Shown here piece by piece: positions 49,220-59,800 of a stretch of DNA of 64,000 nucleotides; within the stretch, counting starts at the first letter, position 1; the number at the start of each line of letters is the position of its first letter. The notes beneath the pieces were generated by a model that was not told the DNA's origin, ran no database searches, and saw nothing but the letters and a program-made list of their open reading frames with translations. A program made the position numbers and the translations under genes. This stretch comes from Candidatus Sumerlaeaceae bacterium (GTDB lineage: Bacteria; Sumerlaeota; Sumerlaeia; Sumerlaeales; Sumerlaeaceae), in assembly GCA_049968255.1 (NCBI GenBank), contig JBMFRB010000006.1:71800-135799 (forward strand), given 5' to 3'.

Positions 49220-49852
49220 ATGTTCATGTCCCACCGCAGTACCTTCTCGTCGCGTTCCAGAGCATTCACGCTCATTGAGCTGCTTATTGTGGTCGCCATC
49301 ATTGCGATTCTTGCGGCCATTGCTGTGCCAAATTTCTTAGAAGCACAAGTGCGCTCGAAAGTGGCGCGCTGCAAGGCCGACATGCGGTCGATGGCTACAG
49401 CTGTAGAGTCGTACGCCGTGGACAACAACACGTATCCTCTCTACGGTCAGATCAAACCGGACAACTCGGTTTACGAGCCAGCAACAACCGTGGGTATGTA
49501 CGACAAAAATGAATTCCCGATGTATACCATCACCACGCCGATTGCCTATATCACGTCGCGTTTTGAGGATCCCTTTGCGACGAAAATTCCAGGACCCGAG
49601 CCATACATTCGCTACATCAACTATATCAACCTACCATATCACCTGTACACATTGAACAATCCAATGTCTGAAGCAGATAAGCAGGATATTCTCAACAAGT
49701 CCGGACAGTGGCGGATGATTGCTTGCGGGCCAGACGGCGACCGGGGCGCGGATGCGAAGCTCAACATTATTTATGATCCGACCAATGGGACAGTCAGCAA
49801 TGGCGACATCGTGCGAACGCAAAAGTACAGTGAAAGCGTGCCACGGCAGTGA
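49220..49852 (+). CDS. Prepilin-type N-terminal cleavage/methylation domain protein (paralog of 3703..4395)
   Basis: RBS GAAAGGAG; RA|FTLIELLIVVAIIAILAAIAVPNFLEAQVRSKV; ACGPD; YDPTNGTVSNGDI. Confidence 0.92.
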   Translation: MFMSHRSTFSSRSRAFTLIELLIVVAIIAILAAIAVPNFLEAQVRSKVARCKADMRSMATAVESYAVDNNTYPLYGQIKPDNSVYEPATTVGMYDKNEFPMYTITTPIAYITSRFEDPFATKIPGPEPYIRYINYINLPYHLYTLNNPMSEADKQDILNKSGQWRMIACGPDGDRGADAKLNIIYDPTNGTVSNGDIVRTQKYSESVPRQ

Positions 49853-49957
49853 GGCAACTGTGCTTGCGTGTGGCGCGTAAGCTCTGTATAAAGGCCATAG
49901 CCAAAATAGAGCTTGGGTTTGCTCTCGACGATATGCAACGGAGGAAGGACTTGGGCA

Positions 49958-50521
49958 ATGCACGATTCACCCTATGAACATAGTCATGGTTCGGCAGAAT
50001 TTTCCGTACGAGTCGTGCGGAAAGCAGCAAGCGGCCCTAACGTATGGAATCGAGGCAAGGAGCCAGCCGACTGGTGGCAAGAGCTCATCAATAGGCATGG
50101 TCACGTCGGACCTTGGAACGTCCTCGGCTATCGGATGGGTCGATACATCTTGCGTGAGCTAGGAACACCGTGGGGTAGTCACGAATACGTGATTACAGCT
50201 CACATTCCTCCGACGACACCTTATTCGTGTATTCTCGATGGCCTAGCCGTAGGTACGGGCAACAGTGAAGGGCGGCTCGACCTGTTGTGGGCGGAGGTTG
50301 CTCTGCCCGAGCTCACCCACGTTAGCGTGCGTCGCGCGTCGGATCGCAAACTGCTGCTCGTGTTTCTTCCGCGTCCTGAATATCTGGAGCGCATTAGCCA
50401 AGGAACGGTGCGTGACCTCGAGCAGCAGTCACGCGAGTGCGAAAAGCTCGCAGAGAGCGAACTTTTCGAAGTGCGCTGGTTGGAGCCAGCGCTACAGGGG
50501 CCTAGTTATTTGCGTTTATAG
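49958..50521 (+). CDS. FmdE family (formylmethanofuran dehydrogenase subunit E-like) metal-binding protein
   Basis: HGHVGPWNVLGYRMG...SCILDGLAVGTG...G.L; RBS GGAGG; His-rich N-terminus MHDSPYEHSHG. Confidence 0.8.
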   Translation: MHDSPYEHSHGSAEFSVRVVRKAASGPNVWNRGKEPADWWQELINRHGHVGPWNVLGYRMGRYILRELGTPWGSHEYVITAHIPPTTPYSCILDGLAVGTGNSEGRLDLLWAEVALPELTHVSVRRASDRKLLLVFLPRPEYLERISQGTVRDLEQQSRECEKLAESELFEVRWLEPALQGPSYLRL

Positions 50522-51075
50522 CGCCCCATCAGCATGCCCTCAGCGAGAATGTGGCCTTTCATGGCGTCGAGCAATTGGGCCTTTGTTAGGCCTGCGGGTT
50601 TGCCAAGAACAACATCGAGTGCGTAGACTTTGAAATAGTAACGGTGGGTGCCGCTGGGCGGACACGGCCCGCCATAGCCAAGGCGACGAAAATCGGTTAT
50701 CCCTTGCTTGGCTCCATTCGGAAGCTCGCCGACCTTTGGTAGGTTCTCGGGAAAGGTCGGCGAGCTGACGGGCCAGTCGTACAACACCCAGTGGACCCAG
50801 GTACCGCGCGGTGCATCGGGATCATCACTGATAAGGGCGAAGCTTTTTGCGCCCTGGGGAATTCCGTTGATCTGAAGTGGCGGCGACACATCAGCACCAT
50901 CGCAAGTATACTTGCTGGGAATCATTTCGCCTTCCGCGAACGCAGGGCTTGTGACTGTGAGTTTCATAGTTTGACCTCCGGTGGTTTCGGACGCGTTGAC
51001 TAGAATGGTGACGCAAAGCAAAGCGCCAACACACAGGGGGACCAGGATTTTCACGGGTGTGCGGCTGGCTCTCAT
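50506..51075 (-). CDS. YbhB/YbcL family (PEBP) protein with signal peptide
   Basis: SPAF..G..IP.KYTCDG, DDPDAP.GTWVHW and YGGPCPPSGTHRYYF. Confidence 0.95.
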   Translation of the reverse strand: MRASRTPVKILVPLCVGALLCVTILVNASETTGGQTMKLTVTSPAFAEGEMIPSKYTCDGADVSPPLQINGIPQGAKSFALISDDPDAPRGTWVHWVLYDWPVSSPTFPENLPKVGELPNGAKQGITDFRRLGYGGPCPPSGTHRYYFKVYALDVVLGKPAGLTKAQLLDAMKGHILAEGMLMGRYKRK

Positions 51076-51135
51076 TCAGAACCTCCTTCTGCGGGTTTTC
51101 TTACCGCAATTGAGTTTGACGAAACGCTTTCGATT

Positions 51136-51573
51136 TTGCAACCAAAAGGACTCGTGACGAAAACATTCATTCCCGTATGTCCGGTGTGCGATAAGCCCAT
51201 GGTAACGCTCGAATGGAAGGGCGTGGAAATTGACTACTGCCTTGCGTGCCAAGGAGTGTGGTTGGATCGGGGGGAGCTGCAAAACATTGTGGGGGACAAT
51301 GCGTCGGAGCTGGAGGAGCGGCTTCGCGGCAAGCGGCAGACGTCCCCGAAAAGTAAGTCGAAGCGGCTGTGTCCACGCTGCGATGGGCGGCTTGTCGAAT
51401 TTATGGTCGATACAGGTCAAGGCGAGCCATTGAGTCTGGATCGGTGTCCGCGCGACCACGGGTTTTGGTTCGACGGCAACGAATTGGAGACGTATCTTCG
51501 GAACGTCGTAATCAGCCAAAGCAATGCTGAGCGGCTCCGTTCTTTCTTGAAAGAGGTCTTCGGCCACGAGTAA
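51136..51573 (+). CDS. Tandem zf-TFIIB zinc-ribbon protein
   Basis: CPVC...EIDYCLACQGVWLDRGEL and CPRC...LDRCPRDHGFWFDGNEL; start uncertain. Confidence 0.85.
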   Translation: MQPKGLVTKTFIPVCPVCDKPMVTLEWKGVEIDYCLACQGVWLDRGELQNIVGDNASELEERLRGKRQTSPKSKSKRLCPRCDGRLVEFMVDTGQGEPLSLDRCPRDHGFWFDGNELETYLRNVVISQSNAERLRSFLKEVFGHE

Positions 51574-51620
51574 CGAAGTGAGAAACGGTTACTCCATCAT
51601 CTTCTCAGGCGGAGGCTAAC

Positions 51621-52184
51621 ATGGGAGTCGTGACAGGAGTTCTCCTCGTTGTTCTGATCTTGGCGATTTTGTGGGTGATTGGGACTTACAACTCGCTCGT
51701 CGCCATGCGCACAGAAATTGACAATGCTTGGGCGCAGATTGACGTGCAATTGAAGCGCCGGTACGATCTCATTCCTAACCTCGTGGAAACGGTGAAGGGC
51801 TACGCAGCCCACGAGCGTGAGACGTTGGAAAAGGTCATCCAAGCACGCAATATGGCTATGCAAGCCCAGGGCGTGGCACAAAAAGCTGAAGCCGAGAATA
51901 TGCTGACGAGCACGCTACGTTCGATCTTCGCTCTGGCGGAAGCGTATCCGAATCTGAAAGCCAATGAAAACTTCCTGGCACTACAAGAGGAACTCAGCTC
52001 GACGGAGAATCGCATCGCGTTTGCACGCCAGTATTACAACGACAGCGTGATGCGTTACAATGCCCGCATCCAACAGTTTCCGGCAAACATCGTGGCGAAC
52101 ATGTTTGGCTTCGCGCGTCGGGACTTCTTTGAGGTACAGAATCCAGCTCAACGCGAGGCCCCCAGCGTGAAATTCACGGCGTGA
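51621..52184 (+). CDS. lemA: LemA family protein
   Basis: YNSLV...AWAQIDVQLKRRYDLIPNLVETVKGY, EAYPNLKAN and ENRIAFARQYYN; RBS GGAGG. Confidence 0.96.
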   Translation: MGVVTGVLLVVLILAILWVIGTYNSLVAMRTEIDNAWAQIDVQLKRRYDLIPNLVETVKGYAAHERETLEKVIQARNMAMQAQGVAQKAEAENMLTSTLRSIFALAEAYPNLKANENFLALQEELSSTENRIAFARQYYNDSVMRYNARIQQFPANIVANMFGFARRDFFEVQNPAQREAPSVKFTA

Positions 52185-52217
52185 TGAGATCTCTGCCCGA
52201 GGCCAACGAGTAGAACT

Positions 52218-53762
52218 GTGTGGGAACAGATCGCGGCGAATAAACGACGTTCCGCTTTTCTGCTGACATTGCTATTTATCCTGATGATCGCCCTGGGGCT
52301 AGTCATCGGACTCATCTTTGCTCCGCCGAAAGACGAGAACGACCAGCAGTGGGCAGTGATCGGCTTTATTATCGGTGGGATAGTGTTCCTGATTCAGTAC
52401 TCCGTGTACGCGCTCTCGCCGCAGACGGTTGTCTTTAGTGGCTTCCAGGTTCAGGAGGTAAAAAAGGAGGACATTCCGCAACTGATCAACGTTGTGGAAG
52501 AGATGACGATCGCTTCTGGGCTGGGGAAGATGCCGCGCGTTTATCTCATCTTCGATCAAGCGCCAAACGCATTTGCCTTCGGACGTGGGGAGAAAGCGTC
52601 CGTGGCGGTGACGACGGGACTGCTGGAGATGCTCGACCGCGATGAGCTGCAAGGGGTGATCGCCCACGAGATTGGCCACATTCGCAACCGCGACATTGAT
52701 TTCATGACGCTGGCTGCTGTGATGCTCGGGACGATAATCGTTTTGAGCGAGATAGCTTATCGTGCGTTATACGTGGGTGCACGCATAGGGGGGCGATCGA
52801 GTTCACGATCATCGCGCCGTAGCAGCGGCGGGGCAGAAGCGATCATTTTGCTGGCAGCATTAGTTTTTATGGTGGTTGCGCCGCTCATCGCCCAACTCCT
52901 GTACTTCGCTAGCTCGCGGCGGCGCGAGTACCTTGCAGACGCCAGCGCGGCTATCTTCACGCGCTATCCGGAGGGACTGGCGCGGGCGCTGGAAAAAATC
53001 GCTTACTCTCCGCGGAAAATGGCTCAAGTGAATAAGGCTGTGGCCCCACTTTTCATCGTGAATCCTTTTAAGAGCCTCAACGCGGACAGCATCTTTTCCA
53101 CGCATCCTCCGGTCGAAAAGCGCATTAGGATTTTACGCAGTATGGCCGGTGCGTCGCTGACCGACTATCAGCAGGCTGCGCAACGGGTGCTTGGGCGCCC
53201 GATTCTTCGGAGCAGGAGCGCCGAGGAAAGCGCCTCGCAGTCGATGCGCGCTCCTCAGCATGTGGCCGAAACGATCGGTGCTGCTGCAGTTTTGGCCGCT
53301 TCCGATTTGCATCGGATGCTGGGTGGTTACCGGATGGTGACCTGCCCGTTGTGCGGATTGACGATCAAGGTGCCGCCAACTCATGAAGCTGAAACGATGA
53401 CATGCCCGCGCTGTGGGCATGTCATTGCGCTGCCGCCGCCGGGGGTGGTCGCTACCGACATCAGCAAGGTGGGCGGCAGCGGCCTAGGGCGGTGGGATCA
53501 AGCTGCAACGCGGAGTCATTCAATCGAGGAGACGAGCGTGCCCACAGTGGCAGCTGAAGCAGCTCCTGCGATCCCGCCAGCCCAAGATGTCATGCTTCCG
53601 GTAGCCAGGCAGCGAGGGCGCTGGCAAAAATTGGATTGTCCTATCTGCGGGCAAACGATTCAATTGAGTCCGGCTTTTTCCGCAAGATGGATCCGTTGCC
53701 CGAAATGTCACTCCAAGCTCATGTTTCCAAATGTAGAACTAGGGGCAAGCGCGTCGGCGTAA
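52218..53762 (+). CDS. htpX: HtpX-like M48 zinc metalloprotease with C-terminal zinc ribbons
   Basis: PNAFA, VIAHEIGH, SRRREYLAD and FSTHPP; C-terminal CPLC/CPRC and CPIC/CPKC. Confidence 0.9.
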   Translation: MWEQIAANKRRSAFLLTLLFILMIALGLVIGLIFAPPKDENDQQWAVIGFIIGGIVFLIQYSVYALSPQTVVFSGFQVQEVKKEDIPQLINVVEEMTIASGLGKMPRVYLIFDQAPNAFAFGRGEKASVAVTTGLLEMLDRDELQGVIAHEIGHIRNRDIDFMTLAAVMLGTIIVLSEIAYRALYVGARIGGRSSSRSSRRSSGGAEAIILLAALVFMVVAPLIAQLLYFASSRRREYLADASAAIFTRYPEGLARALEKIAYSPRKMAQVNKAVAPLFIVNPFKSLNADSIFSTHPPVEKRIRILRSMAGASLTDYQQAAQRVLGRPILRSRSAEESASQSMRAPQHVAETIGAAAVLAASDLHRMLGGYRMVTCPLCGLTIKVPPTHEAETMTCPRCGHVIALPPPGVVATDISKVGGSGLGRWDQAATRSHSIEETSVPTVAAEAAPAIPPAQDVMLPVARQRGRWQKLDCPICGQTIQLSPAFSARWIRCPKCHSKLMFPNVELGASASA

Positions 53763-53832
53763 GCCCATGCGCCCGCGTCGGTGGGCGCGGTGCGCGCAAA
53801 TAACGGCAAGTCGGTGCCAGTAGCTTCTTGGC

Positions 53833-54798
53833 ATGAGACGGCAACCAAAACCACGAGCCGATACGGCGCGCTACTTTGAGGCTCTGTTTTATCGCTATCA
53901 CCGGCCTGAGCTGTTGGCAGCGGATCCGCTCAGTATTGTGCATCGGTTTGAGGATCCTGCCGACCGTGAAATTGCTGCCCTTTTGAGCGCTCTTCTCGCG
54001 TATGGAGGCGTGAAGCAGATCAATGGCTCCCTGAATAGTCTTTTCGGGTGTGTGTCGTGGAAACCTGCCAGGTTTCTCGAACATTTTGATTTTCGCGATG
54101 CATGCGTAGCGCTCGAAAATTTCAAATACCGCTTCAACGACGGCGAGGACATTGCGGCCCTTCTGTGGCTTGTCCGCAGGACGCAGGAAGAGTTTGGTTC
54201 GTTGGAAAACGCATTTCTTCGGTTCGACGGGGAGGAGGATTACGCTGGTGCGCTGATCGGCGTACTCAACCAATGGCTTGCCTGGTTACGTCGATCGCCG
54301 CGACTGCGTCGGCTGAAGGACAAGCGCTCTCTTGTGCACTTATTGGCCACGCCGGAGCGTGGGAGTGCCTGCAAGCGATGGTTCCTTTTTCTGCGCTGGG
54401 TGGTGCGCCCGCCCGATGGAGTGGATTTGGGACTGTGGCGGCGCTGCGACCCAGGCAAGTTACTCTACCCCGTCGATCGGCATGTTCTGCGCATTGCTAA
54501 CAACGTGGGAATTGTGCGTGCGACCTCTGCGACACTCAAGGTGGCTCGCGTCATCACTCATTTTTTCCGCACACTTGATGTGCGTGATCCTGTGCGCTTT
54601 GATTTCGCGCTTTGTCATTTGGGCATCGTGGGGGCTTGTCCTACCACGCCGGACATAGGTGCATGCAACACCTGCGAATTGGCATCGGTATGCCAATTGC
54701 GCTCACGCCTTGCGTCGCATGGGATGAAGCAGCATCTCAGCTCTCTCGAATTTGCTTCGCGCGCGCAAGAATTCGCGCCGAAACGCCGAGGACGTTGA
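53833..54798 (+). CDS. TIGR02757/DUF2400 family protein
   Basis: DPLSIVHRF..PADREIAA...LAYG, SACKR...FLRWVVR...DLGLW, PVDRHV and DPVRFDFALCHLG. Confidence 0.9.
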   Translation: MRRQPKPRADTARYFEALFYRYHRPELLAADPLSIVHRFEDPADREIAALLSALLAYGGVKQINGSLNSLFGCVSWKPARFLEHFDFRDACVALENFKYRFNDGEDIAALLWLVRRTQEEFGSLENAFLRFDGEEDYAGALIGVLNQWLAWLRRSPRLRRLKDKRSLVHLLATPERGSACKRWFLFLRWVVRPPDGVDLGLWRRCDPGKLLYPVDRHVLRIANNVGIVRATSATLKVARVITHFFRTLDVRDPVRFDFALCHLGIVGACPTTPDIGACNTCELASVCQLRSRLASHGMKQHLSSLEFASRAQEFAPKRRGR

Positions 54799-55978
54799 GG
54801 AATCCCTCGGAATCAGCGTGGTTGAATTCGCCGACTTTTTCCATGGAGGCTGCTGTCTCGGAGTAGACGCAGTGTGGCACGTCCTTAGCTGCGGCGAAGG
54901 TTGCGTGTCCCTTGTAGAGGTGGAGCTCAATCGTGCCGGTGGCAAGGTGAGTGAACGCGCCCACAGCGGCTTTGGCTGCGGCGGAGCCCGGATCGAACCA
55001 ATACCCCTGATAAATCTGCTCTGCGAGATAGCTGGAGAGGAAATCAAACAGTCTCCGGGCGCGACGATCGAGCAGAAGTTGAAGCAGGTATTCGTAAGCT
55101 TTGCCGAGCACTTGCATGCCGGGAGTTTCGTAGACACCGCGCGATTTGATGCCCACAAAGCGGTTTTCCACAAGATGGAGCCCAATGCCTACAGCGTTAC
55201 GTCCGCCGGCCGCGTTTGCGTGCTGGAACGCTTCGAGAATGTTCACAGAGTGGCCATTAATGGCCACAGGCACACCTTCTTCAAAACGCACAGCAAACCG
55301 CTCAGGTTTGTCAGGCGCCGCCGTCGGAAGCACGCCGAATTCTGGTTCGATTGCGTGTGCGCCAACCTCAAGCGATTCAAGTTTCCCTGCCTCATGCGTT
55401 AGCCCCAACAGATTCGCGTCGGTGCTGTAGGGCTTGGCGTGGCTGGCTTTGATTGGAATGCCGCGTTGAAGACAAAAATCTATCATCTCTTTTCGCCCAC
55501 CGAAAGCTTTGAGGAAAGCGTCGTCGCGCCATGGAGCATAGACCTGAAAATCTGGCTCAAGCATATTGGTGACGATTTGGAAGCGGACCTGATCGTTGCC
55601 TCGCCCCGTTGCTCCATGGCTCAAAATTGTGATGCCGCGCTCACGCATGAAGCGCAGGAGAAGTTTTGTGGTGACGTGGCGCGCAATACCAGTGGTGTTC
55701 CAGTAATCGCCTTCATATTTAGCTTGTGCATGAATGACGGCGAGCCCCTCGCGCGCGAGCGCCTCACGGCCATCGAGAATGTGTGCTTCAGCTGCTCCGG
55801 AGGCCAACATGCGCTGCCGCACAAGTTCAAGGTCAGGATCGTCGGGCTGACCCAGGTCAAGTGTGACGCAGACCACACGGACTCCGTTATCGGTGAGCCA
55901 GCGCGTAATGGTGCAACTGTCGAGTCCGCCGGAGGCTGCAAATGCGATCGTTTTTCCACGCAGATCTTCAAGGCGCAT
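54737..55978 (-). CDS. argG: Argininosuccinate synthase
   Basis: FAASGGLDS, HGATGRGNDQVRF, APWRD, YSTDANL and ENRFVGIKSRGVYETPG. Confidence 0.96.
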   Translation of the reverse strand: MRLEDLRGKTIAFAASGGLDSCTITRWLTDNGVRVVCVTLDLGQPDDPDLELVRQRMLASGAAEAHILDGREALAREGLAVIHAQAKYEGDYWNTTGIARHVTTKLLLRFMRERGITILSHGATGRGNDQVRFQIVTNMLEPDFQVYAPWRDDAFLKAFGGRKEMIDFCLQRGIPIKASHAKPYSTDANLLGLTHEAGKLESLEVGAHAIEPEFGVLPTAAPDKPERFAVRFEEGVPVAINGHSVNILEAFQHANAAGGRNAVGIGLHLVENRFVGIKSRGVYETPGMQVLGKAYEYLLQLLLDRRARRLFDFLSSYLAEQIYQGYWFDPGSAAAKAAVGAFTHLATGTIELHLYKGHATFAAAKDVPHCVYSETAASMEKVGEFNHADSEGFLNVLGVSARILARAKQIRES

Positions 55979-56126
55979 AATTTCTCTCTGTCCTCTCCAA
56001 ACGGTTGCGAATGCTGCGAGTATTTGCGGCGGCGACGATGAAGGTTGAATTGTCTGGCGTTTGCCTGCCGATCACCGCTTTCTAACTTCGTGAAGCTTAA
56101 TTGTTCGGTCTCTCCTACGCTGGCAT

Positions 56127-56852
56127 TCAATTGTTTTCTTGATCAAAGGGATCACCAAGAAGCTCGCGAACAACTTCGCTGCAGATCTCTGGTTCGAAGC
56201 CGCGGCGGAGAAGAAACTGATAAAGCTTTGGGGTTGTAGTGGCGTCGCGCTTGTTTGGCTTTAGAGACGCAAGACGCTTTTGCGCTGCGGCGCGGGCCAA
56301 TTCACGCTGTTGCTCCGTCGGATAATTCGCGGCGAGCGCTGCATCCGCTAGCTCGTCCGTCACACCACGCGCACGCATCTCGTGCGCAATGGCTCGGGGA
56401 CCTTTTTTGGCCACTTTTTTCTGTGTCCGCACAAAAGCATTCGCGAATGCGGTGTCGTCGAGAAGGCCCAGCTCGCGCGCAATGCCCATGGCGTTTTCAA
56501 TGGCCGGATCGGAAAATCCTGCTCTCGCGAGATACTGACGTGCTTCGGCTGTGGTTTTTTTGCGGGTGGAGAGATACCGAATGAGGCGACGTCGTGCTGC
56601 CAGGGTCTCGTCCGCTTGACGTAGCTGCGCAAGCAACGCCTCATCCACGAACATTTGCGACTTGAGCTGAAAACGGACGATGATCTCAGGATCCACAGCA
56701 AGGGTGGTATTATCTTCAAAGATGACAGTGATCGGATCGCCCTTGCGTTTACCTGCCTGGAAACTGCGAATTTTCACACAACAAGTTTGTGGCAGAGGAA
56801 CCTGCGTTTCAATAGCTTCTTCCAATACAATGAGCATGAGGTGGCGACGCAA
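56127..56852 (-). CDS. recX: Regulatory protein RecX (long form)
   Basis: YLSTRKKTTAE, LLDDTAFA, KGPRAIAHEMRARGV and FLLRRGF; start uncertain. Confidence 0.88.
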   Translation of the reverse strand: MRRHLMLIVLEEAIETQVPLPQTCCVKIRSFQAGKRKGDPITVIFEDNTTLAVDPEIIVRFQLKSQMFVDEALLAQLRQADETLAARRRLIRYLSTRKKTTAEARQYLARAGFSDPAIENAMGIARELGLLDDTAFANAFVRTQKKVAKKGPRAIAHEMRARGVTDELADAALAANYPTEQQRELARAAAQKRLASLKPNKRDATTTPKLYQFLLRRGFEPEICSEVVRELLGDPFDQENN

Positions 56853-56893
56853 AATCGCACGATTCTTTTAGGGAGCGAAAGGACGATACCGTC

Positions 56894-59800
56894 ATGGGCG
56901 GTAAACGTCGGGCTCAAAGCAAACGGGATGCCCGAGAGAACCGGCGTCAGCGGCTAAGATGGCGACTAGCGATCATGCTCGCAGCAGCACTGTGCCTTGT
57001 CGTGGCTTTGCTGGCGTCGGTGCCGGTGCGCTTCGAGGCGGTTCCTCAACGCCTTCAGAGCTTCGCGAAAAATCAACTTGGTATGGAGCTCACGCTCGAT
57101 GGGGCTGAGCTCTGGCTTTTGCCTCCGCGCATTGTCCTCGAACATCCGCGTCTGGTGCCGGCCCCCACTGGCCCAGGAGGCGAGGAACTAAGAGCGGAGC
57201 GCTTGGAGGTTTCACTCAATCCGCTGTGGTGGGGCTTTGGTTTTGGCAAGCCACTGCGCTCGCTGCTTCTTGTGAGGCCAGGTCCGTTACAAGTGCGCGC
57301 GGACGGCAGAGGCCTGCAGTGGCCCGCACCAGTGCAGACTCTTCTTGAACGTGTTTCGCAAAAAGGGGCTAAGGAACGCGCATTTGACGTCCCACTCTCC
57401 TTTGTCGAAGTTCGCGATGCCACACTGAGTGTTTTGCAAGGGATCGACCGGACAACTGCTCTCCCCGTTAGAAGGAAAAGACAATCTTACGAAACCACGC
57501 TTGCGGCAGTTTTGGTTTCGGCATTTCAAATGCGTGAACTGAGCGGGCAGCGTTACGCCCTGAGATGCCACGGTGAGATCACCGTGCGGCAGGCCCCATC
57601 GCCCTTCACAATTCGTGGGACGTTTTTGGGCAACAGCGAGTTTGCTGGCGAGTTGGAAAGCCCGGCTTTTCGTGCCTACTGGCCGATGGGTTTCCGCGGT
57701 TCGGTGGCCACAGAAGCACGCGAGATGCGGATGGACCTTCGCGTGCTGCGCCGCGATAGAGAGAGTGAATTCGTCGCCGATGCATCGGTGGGGGCGCTGG
57801 CTCTTGTCATGCCTAAGCACAGCATTGCGTATCAGGATGAAAACGTGCACGTGGCACTGCGGGGCTCGATCGACTGGGGGACGCACGAGCTGGTTCTCAT
57901 GAAAGGGAGTATTGAGAGTCCCCAGATCCAGTTCGAGGCGACAGGACGCAGTCAATGGGACGCGGGGCCGAGTTATGAAGCGAATTTATTAGGCTCACGC
58001 ATCGGTGCTCCTTATATTGAACTTCTGAATGGTCTTTTACCTCGTGGTTTTGAGCTCAACGCTGGTGAAGGATCGGTGCAGGCGAATCTGCACGTAAGTG
58101 GAGAAGGACCTCAGCTTCGTTCCGTGGTGGGAAAACTCACGTTTTCGTCCGTGACGTTGCAGACGCCCCACCTCCACCGGGCTGTGCGCGAGCTGAAAGG
58201 TGAGCTGGATTTCGAGCCGCAGCGATTAGTTTTCCATGAGCTGGCAGGGAAGCTGGGGCAGGCCACGCTTACCGTGGGGGGGGAACTCGTCGGAGATTAC
58301 GTGACTTCCCGAACGGGAACTCTCCACTTATCTTGGCAAAGCCGTGCTGATGCACGCGAGCTGGGTGAATTGGTTCAATCGGCAGGAACCTCCGTGGGGC
58401 ATACGTCCGAAACCATCATACCACTCGGGGGAATGATTCTCAGTGAGGGCGAGTTGACGCAGATCATCGAAGGCGACCCAAACTCATGGCCCGCGCCTAG
58501 TGTAAGCGGAAAGCTGATCGTGCAGAATCTGGGTTTTCGACACAAGGCACTGCCGGCAGCCGTGACCGAGATGAATGGCGAGCTGGAAATCGACAACGCT
58601 CGTGTCAGGTTTGTCAGTTTGCACGCGAAGCTTGGTGAGAGCCAGGTGGTGGTGTCGGGCGAACTTGCTGGCGATCGCTATTTTTGGCAGGATCCTGTGC
58701 TATCCGCGACGCTGGCAGTGGCTGCAAATGCCTCGGCTTGGGTGCAGAGCTTCGAACCAAACCTGCAAAGCCTCATCAATACCTATCGCCCGTCGGGGCA
58801 GCTCGCAGCAACGATTCAGTGCCTCGTGCCGCTAGCTTCGTGGCAGCGTGCTGAGATCACGGGTAGCGCGACCTTATCCCAGGGCGGCTTAGAAATTGCC
58901 ACGGATGACCTCGTTGCGAAGGTGGCGAATCTGAGCGCAGAAGCGGCATGGGATGGCAAGCGGTTCGCTCTAAGGAGCTTTCACGGTGAAGTTAACGGCA
59001 TTCGTGCTTCCGCAAGTGCCACTGTGGATGGGTCGAGGATTGCGCTGCAGCTGAAGGCGCAGGGGAGCCTAGAACAGGTGCAGGCCATGTTCCCGCGCAT
59101 GGAGCCGTTTGCTGAGATTCATGGGCCGGCTCTCTGCGATGCGAGTGTCGAAATTTTGGAGGGGCAAGCCGCCTCTGACAGTGCGGCACAACATCAATTA
59201 CTCAAGCTGATTGCCGGAGTGGGGCCACGAGTACTTCGGGCTTATCAAAATGCGCGGATTCACGTGAACGGGCAGGTTGTGGCGGGCAATTCCAGTCAAG
59301 GGGCTTCCTTCCGGCACCATGCGATGCCGCCGGCGCGCACACTTCCTTATGGCATAAGCGTGCCACGCGGCGAGATTACAGACATTCATGGAGTGTTGGC
59401 CCTCAAAGGGACAACGATCGAAGTGCCCGAGAATGCGCCACTTCGCTGCGCAATGGCGGACACGCCTAACTGTCGGCTATCGGGCACGATTGCTTTTATC
59501 CCGAATCATTATCCTTCTCTTAAGTTCCGGGTGGAGACAACTGATGAGGCGCGTTTCGATACTTGGCTCACAGGATGGGGTGCAGATTTTCACCCGCCTG
59601 CTCGACGTGGTGCGCCGCTAAAAGGGAAACGTTTCGAGCTTGGTGGAACCATCGTCGCGCCACGCGCAACTTACAAAGGAGAACACGTGGGACAATGCTC
59701 GGGAGAGCTCTCCTATGTTTATGTTTCTGGTGAGCCGCCGCGACGCACAGAATTTCGCAACGTCACCATTGAAGGTTTCGGCGGCATCATGCGAGGGTAC

